From Fidelibacterota bacterium (lineage in GTDB: Bacteria > Fidelibacterota > Fidelibacteria > Fidelibacterales > DSDE01): a stretch of 64,000 nucleotides of DNA. Position 1 is the first letter of the stretch; the number at the start of each line of letters is the position of its first letter. Positions 51,857-58,961 of the stretch are shown piece after piece. The notes beneath the pieces were generated by a model that was given only the letters and a program-made list of their open reading frames with translations, ran no database searches and was not told the DNA's origin. The stretch covers positions 1 to 64,000 of the forward strand of contig JBJKQR010000072.1 of NCBI GenBank assembly GCA_046735395.1. Direction: 5' to 3'. The position numbers and the translations under genes were made by a program.

Positions 51857-52204
51857 ATGGTTGACCTTGGATTTGAGAACTTAGATGTCTGGAAACGCAG
51901 TGTTGAATTATCGAGTGAGATTTATAAATATTTTAAGGACTGCAAGGATTTTGGATTTAAGGATCAGATAACGAGATCCAGTTTATCCATCCCCAGCAAT
52001 ATTTCAGAAGGTTATGAAAGATATTCATCCAAAGAAAAGCATCAATTTTATTCCTTTGCCAAAGGTTCTGCCGGGGAGTTACGCACTCAGATAATTATAG
52101 GAAAGAAAATTTCATACATAGAAGAAAATATTGGAAATAATTGGATCAAAGAGACAAAAGAAATATCATCCATGCTCTATGGCTTGATGAAAAACCTCAG
52201 ATAA
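51857..52204 (+). CDS. Four-helix-bundle protein (23S rRNA IVP / Avd-like family)
   Basis: FENLDVWKRS, DQITRSSLSIPSNISEG, AKGSAGELRTQ; AT-rich; start at MVDLG. Confidence 0.9.
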   Translation: MVDLGFENLDVWKRSVELSSEIYKYFKDCKDFGFKDQITRSSLSIPSNISEGYERYSSKEKHQFYSFAKGSAGELRTQIIIGKKISYIEENIGNNWIKETKEISSMLYGLMKNLR

Positions 52205-52209
52205 TAAAT

Positions 52210-52244
52210 TCTTCCTTTCTCCTTGTCGCTTTCTCCTTTCTCCT
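52210..52244 (-). repeat. Inverted heptamer array; right arm of cassette 1
   Basis: TCTTCCT TTCTCCT TGTCGCT TTCTCCT TTCTCCT = reverse complements of AGGAAGA, AGGAGAA, AGCGACA. Confidence 0.85.
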
Positions 52245-52285
52245 GATTTCGTAATCCGAAGAACTCCAATATCATTTTAACGCAA

Positions 52286-53053
52286 ATGAACCAAATACTT
52301 GAAATACTAATTAATATAGTTAAATCCGCCGGGAACGAGATACTGAAAATTTATACAAAGGATTTTGAGGTTGAGTTCAAGGATGATCACAGCCCTCTGA
52401 CCGAGGCGGATAAAGCCTCGCATAAAGTCATCGTGGCGGGTTTGAAAGCCAATTGGCCGGACATTCCCATCATTTCGGAGGAGGCGGACCACCCGGATTA
52501 CAGCGAACGCAGCAAGTGGACCCGATTCTGGCTGGTGGATCCGCTGGACGGAACGAAGGAATTTGTCAGACGGAATGGGGAATTCACGGTTAATATTGCA
52601 TTGATGGAAAAAAATCAGCCCATACTGGGCGTGATCCATGTTCCGGTTACGGGTGAAACCTATGCAGGAGGTGCAGGCTCGGACACATTTCTGATCAATG
52701 CCAAGGGTGAAAGGAACCCGATTAAAGTTTCTGACCTTGGCCCGAATGAACCTCTGACCGTGGTGCAGAGCCGTTCACATTCCGGTGAAGAAGAAAATAT
52801 ATTTTACGGAGGCTACACCATCAGGGACCGACTCTCCCGAGGCTCATCCTTAAAAATCTGCATGATAGCCGAAGGAAAGGCCGAATTGTATTTCCGCAGC
52901 GGGCCGACCATGGAGTGGGATACGGCTGCTGGGCATGCTATTCTGCTTGGGGCCGGAGGATATTTTACTCAGAAAAATAGTGAGACTTTTCAATACAATA
53001 AAAAGGAGTTGCTGAATCCGGGCTTTATTGCGGCGGCGTTTGAGATAGATTAA
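52286..53053 (+). CDS. cysQ: 3'(2'),5'-bisphosphate nucleotidase CysQ
   Basis: SPLTEAD, SEE, WLVDPLDGTKEF, EWDTAAG. Confidence 0.95.
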   Translation: MNQILEILINIVKSAGNEILKIYTKDFEVEFKDDHSPLTEADKASHKVIVAGLKANWPDIPIISEEADHPDYSERSKWTRFWLVDPLDGTKEFVRRNGEFTVNIALMEKNQPILGVIHVPVTGETYAGGAGSDTFLINAKGERNPIKVSDLGPNEPLTVVQSRSHSGEEENIFYGGYTIRDRLSRGSSLKICMIAEGKAELYFRSGPTMEWDTAAGHAILLGAGGYFTQKNSETFQYNKKELLNPGFIAAAFEID

Positions 53054-53092
53054 GGTTGAGGATAAGGATAAGCATTTGGAGTCGCAGATTAA

Positions 53093-53467
53093 ATGACATA
53101 CTCTTCATTTAAGGAAATGCCTGTATGGCAAAGAGCTCACGAAATATCGATAAGAGTATTCGAAATCACGATAAAACTTCCGAAATCTGAAGATTATGGT
53201 TTAACTTCGCAGATTAGAAGATCGGCAAATAGTATCGCGGGGAATATTGCTGAAGGATTTGGAAGAAAAACAATAAAAGATAAAAACAATTTCTATACAA
53301 TTGCTCGAGGATCAGCATTCGAAACTCAAAATCATCTGCTCTATGGCAACGCAGTCGAATATTTTACTACTGAAACCACAAATTCAATTTTTAAAGATCT
53401 CGACAATATTATTAAAGAACTTAACACGCTTATGAAAAGCTTAAATGACTCTCAACCTCAACCTTAA
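53093..53467 (+). CDS. Four-helix-bundle protein (second, divergent copy) flanked by inverted hexamer arrays
   Basis: FKEMPVWQ, LPKSEDYGLTSQIRRSANSIAGNIAEG, ARGSAFE; arms at 53048-53072 and 53451-53480. Confidence 0.9.
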   Translation: MTYSSFKEMPVWQRAHEISIRVFEITIKLPKSEDYGLTSQIRRSANSIAGNIAEGFGRKTIKDKNNFYTIARGSAFETQNHLLYGNAVEYFTTETTNSIFKDLDNIIKELNTLMKSLNDSQPQP

Positions 53468-53504
53468 CCTTAACCTTAACCTAAAAAGATTTCCAACACC
53501 CTTA

Positions 53505-53577
53505 GGCACCCAGCAACAGTCAGCTGGCAGGACCGTGAAAGACTGAACGGTCACAGGGGCTGTTGCCTGTGGTTTAC
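53505..53577 (+). pseudogene. Relic duplicate of the cysC 5' coding sequence
   Basis: 73 bp with 6 mismatches versus 54350-54422; no start codon. Confidence 0.85.
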
Positions 53578-53597
53578 GGATTCAGAATTTTAATTTC

Positions 53598-53626
53598 TTG
53601 CTTCATGTATATATAATGTATATACT
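53598..53626 (+). promoter_or_regulatory. Sigma70-type promoter with overlapping palindromic operator for the TA operon
   Basis: TTGCTT-17nt-TATACT; GTATATA-N5-TATATAC at 53607-53625. Confidence 0.65.
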
Positions 53627-53645
53627 CTGAAGAAGGAGGGCGCCC

Positions 53646-53891
53646 ATGCAATTAGTTATCAACAGGTGGGGAAACAGTCAGGGAATTCGTCTTCCGAAGC
53701 TGTTCATGGAACTGCTGAATATGAAAATTGGGTCTGAGTTAAAGGCTGAAATAAGGGACGGTAAAATTATTCTGGCACCCGTTATGGGACCTGAGAAGTT
53801 GAGTATCCATGACCTCGTGCAGGAAATGCCTGCTGATTATGAACCCTCGGAATCGGAAAGTGGTGAACCCCAGGGTAAGGAAATATGGTAA
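53646..53891 (+). CDS. mazE: AbrB/MazE-type antitoxin
   Basis: RWGNSQGIRLPK; C-terminal GEPQGKEIW; overlaps toxin start. Confidence 0.88.
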   Translation: MQLVINRWGNSQGIRLPKLFMELLNMKIGSELKAEIRDGKIILAPVMGPEKLSIHDLVQEMPADYEPSESESGEPQGKEIW

Positions 53892-54235
53892 AAGACTACA
53901 TTCCCGACAGGGGGGATCTTGTTAAGCTCACCTTTAATCCTCAGGCAGGACATGAACAGGCTGGCTGGCGGCCGGCACTGGTACTTTCAAACAAGACTTT
54001 TAACAAAGCCACTGGACTTGCTTTTCTCTGTCCGATCACAAATAATACAGTGAAACACTCTCTGCATATTCCCATCCCGGAACATATTCCCTTATCAGGT
54101 GTGATTATGACTGAACAGATCAAAAGCCTGGATTTCAATGCCAGAAATATTCGATTCATTCACAAGGCTCCGCCGGATATTATAGAAAAAGCCCACAACC
54201 TTGTCTCCGCGATTCTGGCTGATGACAGACTTTAA
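53885..54235 (+). CDS. mazF: PemK/MazF endoribonuclease toxin
   Basis: YIPDRGD, FNPQAGHEQAGWRPALVLS, CPIT, EQIKSLD. Confidence 0.92.
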   Translation: MVKDYIPDRGDLVKLTFNPQAGHEQAGWRPALVLSNKTFNKATGLAFLCPITNNTVKHSLHIPIPEHIPLSGVIMTEQIKSLDFNARNIRFIHKAPPDIIEKAHNLVSAILADDRL

Positions 54236-54324
54236 CATCTCCACAATGAACAACAGAAACAACGAAATTCAACCTTTAAACATCTGAACTTTTAAACTTT
54301 TAAACTTTTTAAAACCAAACCAAA

Positions 54325-54996
54325 ATGAATAAATCTGATAATATAAAGTGGCACCCGGCAACAGTCGGCCGGCAGGACCGTGAAAGACTGAACGGCCACA
54401 AGGGGTGTTGCCTGTGGTTTACCGGTTTGTCCGGCAGCGGGAAAAGCACCCTGGCCAATGAAGTGGAAACCCTTCTGAATGGGCGGGGAATTCACAGCTA
54501 CCTGCTGGATGGCGATAATATTCGTCACGGCCTGAATTCAAATCTGGGTTTTAGCGATGAGGATCGGACGGAAAATATCCGCCGGATAGCTGAAGTCGCC
54601 AAATTATTCGTGGACGCGGGGATTGTTGTCCTCACCGCGTTTGTTTCACCCTTCCGGGAGGACAGAGACAAAGCCAGGGAAATCATTGATGATATTTCTG
54701 GTATGGATCAGACTAAAATCAGCAGCGACGTGACGCTATCTTCCGACCTCCAAGATTCAACTTCCACTAAACAATTCGTAGAAATATTTGTAGATGTTGA
54801 CCTGGCAACTTGTGAGTCACGTGATCCCAAGGGCTTATATAAAATGGCCCGGGCCGGGGGAATTAAAGATTTTACAGGGATTGATTCGCCCTACGAAAAG
54901 CCGCTTCATCCGGAGCTGACGATTCAAAATGACAATAGCCGGACCGTCCGTGAGAATGCGCTGAAAATTATTGAGGCACTTGAAGGGCTGTTTTAA
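54325..54996 (+). CDS. cysC: Adenylyl-sulfate (APS) kinase with an internal insertion of about 25-30 aa
   Basis: WFTGLSGSGKST, LDGDNIRHGL, RDPKGLY, FTGIDSPYE. Confidence 0.95.
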   Translation: MNKSDNIKWHPATVGRQDRERLNGHKGCCLWFTGLSGSGKSTLANEVETLLNGRGIHSYLLDGDNIRHGLNSNLGFSDEDRTENIRRIAEVAKLFVDAGIVVLTAFVSPFREDRDKAREIIDDISGMDQTKISSDVTLSSDLQDSTSTKQFVEIFVDVDLATCESRDPKGLYKMARAGGIKDFTGIDSPYEKPLHPELTIQNDNSRTVRENALKIIEALEGLF

Positions 54997-55050
54997 ACCT
55001 TGACGCTTGACTTTCTTCCCTATAAATTCCAATAAAACAGGATACCTTCC

Positions 55051-55689
55051 TTGAACAAATCTATACCGGTCTATATTGTCATCACCGCTGATATGATACA
55101 AAGCCGGGATGCTGATATGAATATAAAAGCTGAACTTCCCGGCCGACTGCAGAAGATAGACAAGGCATTGGATACGGTGCTGCCATCGGAAATATACGCC
55201 GGGGATGAAATTCAGATATTGCTGAAAGCCAGTGAGGCCGCACATCCATGGCTTGTCTTCTATCAGTGTGTCAAGCTGCTATTTCCAATGAAATTCCGTT
55301 TTGGTTTCGGTATCGGACATGTTGATTTTCCCTTGCGCAACCAATTAGCTCAAAATAATGGTGATGCATTTATCCTCGCAAGGAAAGCGCTCGAAACCGC
55401 CGATTCTGGGAATATACTGGCCGTCTTTCAATCCCGTCAGATATTTCCGGACAGGGAATTGAACACGATGGGCGAACTGTTCTCCTATATTACTCTGAAA
55501 TGGACTGATAAACACTGGCGCCGATTTTTTCTCTACGAAGAAATGCGAACTATTCATAAAGTTGCTCAGATCGAAATGATTTCACCTGAAGCTGTCAATA
55601 AAATGATTCATAACGCCGGTTTCCGGCAACTGATTTCAAGTCTGGATCAGTATCAAAACCGAAGTGACCAAATCAACCAAAAAGGTTGA
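55051..55689 (+). CDS. SatD-family protein with C-terminal HTH-like region
   Basis: ITADMIQSR, YAGDEIQ, RFGFGIG, GDAFILAR. Confidence 0.7.
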   Translation: MNKSIPVYIVITADMIQSRDADMNIKAELPGRLQKIDKALDTVLPSEIYAGDEIQILLKASEAAHPWLVFYQCVKLLFPMKFRFGFGIGHVDFPLRNQLAQNNGDAFILARKALETADSGNILAVFQSRQIFPDRELNTMGELFSYITLKWTDKHWRRFFLYEEMRTIHKVAQIEMISPEAVNKMIHNAGFRQLISSLDQYQNRSDQINQKG

Positions 55690-55721
55690 CATTTTAATAA
55701 ATCAACCAAAAAGGTTGACAT
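55671..55721. repeat. Two tandem palindromes TCAACC-AAAAA-GGTTGA (29-bp period)
   Basis: 55673-55689 and 55702-55718. Confidence 0.85.
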
Positions 55722-55757
55722 AATTGACGACAGGAATAGATAATTGAAAGAGAATTA

Positions 55758-56129
55758 ATGTTGGAAATCCTGCAGTACAGCACTTTTCTGTTACTCCTCT
55801 ATGTCCTGGGGACATGGGGAATCGGTGCTGTTCTGGGTATATTTTTACGACGTTTTGATTCCGCAGATCTGCCACAGGGGCTGGCTTCAGCCGGTAAATG
55901 GATTGGTTATCTTGAGCGGTCTCTGTATCTGAGTTTCCTGCTTCTAAATCAAATTTCCTTTGTCGGTTTTATTCTCACCATCAAGGCTATTTATCGTTTT
56001 GGAGATATTCAGGGTGAAAATACGGTTAAAATGAGACTTTCGGAGTATTTTATCATCGGGACGATGGCATCTCTGCTGGCAACGCTGGCGCTATATCAAC
56101 TATATCTGCTGCTTCCGGTCAACCATTGA
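55758..56129 (+). CDS. Small membrane protein (DUF3307/SatE-like C-terminal part)
   Basis: AGKWIGYLER, KAIYRF, EYFIIGT. Confidence 0.65.
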   Translation: MLEILQYSTFLLLLYVLGTWGIGAVLGIFLRRFDSADLPQGLASAGKWIGYLERSLYLSFLLLNQISFVGFILTIKAIYRFGDIQGENTVKMRLSEYFIIGTMASLLATLALYQLYLLLPVNH

Positions 56130-56197
56130 AACTCGCTTATTTTACACAGTAACGGCCAAATTCAACATCAATAATAAACTTCTCAACCTCTGAACAT

Positions 56198-56917
56198 ATG
56201 TATATCGAAACAAAGACCCGTTCCATCATCAAGTCCGTCAGCTGGCGCATTCTCGCTACGCTGACGACGATTGTACTGGTGTATATTTTCATCGGTGATA
56301 CGAAAATTGCCCTGTCCGTGGGCGGTATCGAAGTATTCCTGAAAATGCTGATCTATTTTCTGCATGAACGGGGCTGGGAAAAGATCCGCTTCGGCCGGCG
56401 CGAAGTGAATCCGGCGGTGATCTGGTTTACAGGACTGGCAAAGAGCGGGAAGAAGGCCATTGCACTTGAGCTGCAGACATTGTTGAGAAAAAAGGGATTC
56501 AAGACCGAATTCATTGACGGACACAGTATCCGGGAACTCTTTCCCCAGACAGGATTTGAACGCGAAGCGGTGAATCTTCATATCGAACGGGTCGGTTATC
56601 TGGCCAGAAAGCTGGAAGATCAGGGCGTGTTTGTCATTGCCTCCTTTCTCTCGCCCTACCGGGAGTCGCGGGATATTGTTCGAAGCCTGACAAATAATTT
56701 CAATGAAATCTGGGTCAGTACGCCTGTGGAAGTCTGCGAACGCCGGGACGAGACGGGGATATTTGAAAAAGCCCGCAGAGGCGAGGTGGAACATTTTCCC
56801 GGTGTCACCGGAGATTATGAAGAACCGGATAATCCGGAATTCATCTTTAATATTGCCGAGACCGATCCGAAGTCCGCAGCAAAGAAAATCTATAATGATA
56901 TTTTAAAGAGGATATGA
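56198..56917 (+). CDS. DUF2061-like membrane domain fused to an APS-kinase-like domain
   Basis: RSIIKSVSWR..YFLHERGW N-terminus; WFTGLAKSGKK, SPYRESR, FPGV..YEEP. Confidence 0.78.
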   Translation: MYIETKTRSIIKSVSWRILATLTTIVLVYIFIGDTKIALSVGGIEVFLKMLIYFLHERGWEKIRFGRREVNPAVIWFTGLAKSGKKAIALELQTLLRKKGFKTEFIDGHSIRELFPQTGFEREAVNLHIERVGYLARKLEDQGVFVIASFLSPYRESRDIVRSLTNNFNEIWVSTPVEVCERRDETGIFEKARRGEVEHFPGVTGDYEEPDNPEFIFNIAETDPKSAAKKIYNDILKRI

Positions 56918-57047
56918 AGAATTTTCTCGCAGAGCACGCGAAGAACGCAGAGGATGAATGAATAATTCAACGCAAAGCCGCCAGGACGCAAAGGAAGAAG
57001 AGTTTTTTCTCGCAGAGCACGCGAAGAACGCAGAGAAAGAAAATACA

Positions 57048-57424
57048 ATGAATGAAAATGAATTAAGTAATACGATTATTGGCTTGGCGATTAAAGTACA
57101 CGATACCCTTGGACCCGGATTATTGGAAAGCGTTTATGAAAAAGCGTTGTCATATGAATTACAAAAAATAAGATCCCATATGATAGACAGGTAAAAATTG
57201 ATATTAATTATGAAGATCTTACTATCGAAGGTGGTCTGATAGCAGATACCATTGTCGATAACAAAGTGATAATTGAATTGAAATCAGTTGAAAAAATAAT
57301 GGATATTCATAAAAATCAATTACTGACATATTTGAAATTATCGGGAGTTAAACTTGGCCTTCTCATTAATTTTAATGAAAAACTGTTAAAAAATGGTATT
57401 ACAAGAATAGTAAATAATTTATGA
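57048..57424 (+). pseudogene. GxxExxY protein, frameshifted copy
   Basis: Near-identical to 58544-58921 but 1 nt shorter (CATAAAAAT to CAAAAAAT at about 57163). Confidence 0.88.
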
Positions 57425-57476
57425 AATAGCTTTGCGCACTTAGCGAGCTCTGCGAGAGAAAATAAAAAGGTTTTAA

Positions 57477-58385
57477 ATGGAAAATTATAATTTGACTCAT
57501 CTCCGTGAACTGGAAGCGGAATCGATACATATCATCCGGGAGGTGGCGGCGGAATTCGAGAATCCGGTGATGCTGTACAGTATCGGGAAGGACAGCTCAG
57601 TGATGGTGAGACTGGCGCAGAAAGCCTTTGCTCCCGGGAAAGTGCCGTTTCCCCTGATGCACATCGACAGTAAATGGAAATTCCGGGAAATGACGGAATT
57701 TCGGGATTCTTTCTGCAGGGAAAATAATCTCGATCTCATTGTCCATTACAATGAAGACGGTTTCAAAAAAGGAATCGGCCCGTTTACCCACGGGTCCAAG
57801 GTTCACACGGATGTGATGAAGACTCAGGCTCTGCTGCAGGGACTGAATAAATACGGGTTTGACGCGGCCTTCGGCGGAGCCCGGCGTGATGAGGAGAAAT
57901 CCCGGGCCAAGGAACGGATCTATTCCTTCCGCGACAGTTTTCATCAGTGGGATCCGAAAAATCAGCGCCCAGAGTTATGGAATATCTATAATGCACGCAT
58001 CAATAAGGGAGAATCCATCCGTGTCTTTCCCCTGAGTAACTGGACGGAACTGGATATCTGGCAGTATATCCGCCTGGAAAATATTCCCATCGTCCCGCTG
58101 TATTATGCCAAGGTAAGACCAGTGCTGAAAATGCACGGCACCTGGATCATGCATGATGATGACCGCCTGCCGGAAGAATACCGGGATAAGGTTGAGAACC
58201 GGCTGGTCCGCTTCCGCACTCTGGGTTGCTGGCCCCTGACCGGAGCCGTGGAGAGCGAGGCGGATACGCTCGAAAAGATCGTCGAAGAGATGATGACCAC
58301 GACAAAGTCGGAAAGAACGACACGCGTCATCGACTTTGATCAGGATGCCAGCATGGAGCAGAAGAAAAGAGAAGGGTATTTTTAG
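57477..58385 (+). CDS. cysD: Sulfate adenylyltransferase subunit 2
   Basis: [39 protein letters not shown]. Confidence 0.97.
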   Translation: MENYNLTHLRELEAESIHIIREVAAEFENPVMLYSIGKDSSVMVRLAQKAFAPGKVPFPLMHIDSKWKFREMTEFRDSFCRENNLDLIVHYNEDGFKKGIGPFTHGSKVHTDVMKTQALLQGLNKYGFDAAFGGARRDEEKSRAKERIYSFRDSFHQWDPKNQRPELWNIYNARINKGESIRVFPLSNWTELDIWQYIRLENIPIVPLYYAKVRPVLKMHGTWIMHDDDRLPEEYRDKVENRLVRFRTLGCWPLTGAVESEADTLEKIVEEMMTTTKSERTTRVIDFDQDASMEQKKREGYF

Positions 58386-58388
58386 GAA

Positions 58389-58487
58389 CTCTCGCAAAGG
58401 ACGCAAAGATCGCAGAGAAAGAAGAGAAAAAGAATAGATAATAAAATGCATAAAGAGACTTTGCGCACTTAGCGAGCTCAGCGAGAG
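58389..58487. mobile_element. Gene-less (MITE-like) copy of the GxxExxY cassette ends
   Basis: CTCTCGCAAAG GA CGCAAAG AT CGCAGAG - A-rich spacer - CTTTGCG CA CTTAGCG AG CTCAGCGAGAG. Confidence 0.7.
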
Positions 58488-58543
58488 GTGTATTCATTAG
58501 ATCTCTGGCAGAGGACGCAAAGATCGCAGAGAAAGAAAATACA

Positions 58544-58921
58544 ATGAATGAAAATGAATTAAGTAATATGATTATTGGCTTGGCGATTAAAGTACACGAT
58601 ACGCTTGGACCCGGATTATTGGAAAGCGTTTATGAAAAAGCTTTGTCATATGAATTACATAAAAATAAGATCCCATATGATAAACAGGTAAAAATTGATA
58701 TTAAATATGGAGATATTACTATCGAAGGTGGTCTGATAGCAGATATTATTGTCGATAACAAAGTAATAATTGAATTGAAATCAGTTGAAAAAGTAGTAGA
58801 TATACATAAAAAGCAATTACTGACATATTTGAAATTATCGGGAGTTAAACTAGGTCTTCTCATTAATTTTAATGAAAAACTGTTAAAAAATGGTATTACA
58901 AGAATAGTAAATAATTTATGA
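58544..58921 (+). CDS. GxxExxY protein (PD-(D/E)xK-like nuclease fold), intact
   Basis: GPGLLESVYE motif, ADIIV..IELKS, QLLTYL, GLLINF; AT-rich. Confidence 0.9.
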   Translation: MNENELSNMIIGLAIKVHDTLGPGLLESVYEKALSYELHKNKIPYDKQVKIDIKYGDITIEGGLIADIIVDNKVIIELKSVEKVVDIHKKQLLTYLKLSGVKLGLLINFNEKLLKNGITRIVNNL

Positions 58922-58961
58922 AAAAGCTTTGCGCTCTTAGCGAGCTTTGCGAGAGGAAAAA

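Noticed and set aside
51857..53467. Diversity-generating retroelement, suggested by Avd-like genes
   Set aside because: No reverse transcriptase seen. The duplicated segments do not differ specifically at adenines of one template.
56958..57047. N-terminal extension of GxxExxY copy 1
   Set aside because: Encoded by arm repeats; copy 2 shows the homologous start is at 57048.
51744..58955. Integron cassette array
   Set aside because: No integrase and no RYYYAAC...GTTRRRY attC structure recognised; the inserts alternate with core cys genes.
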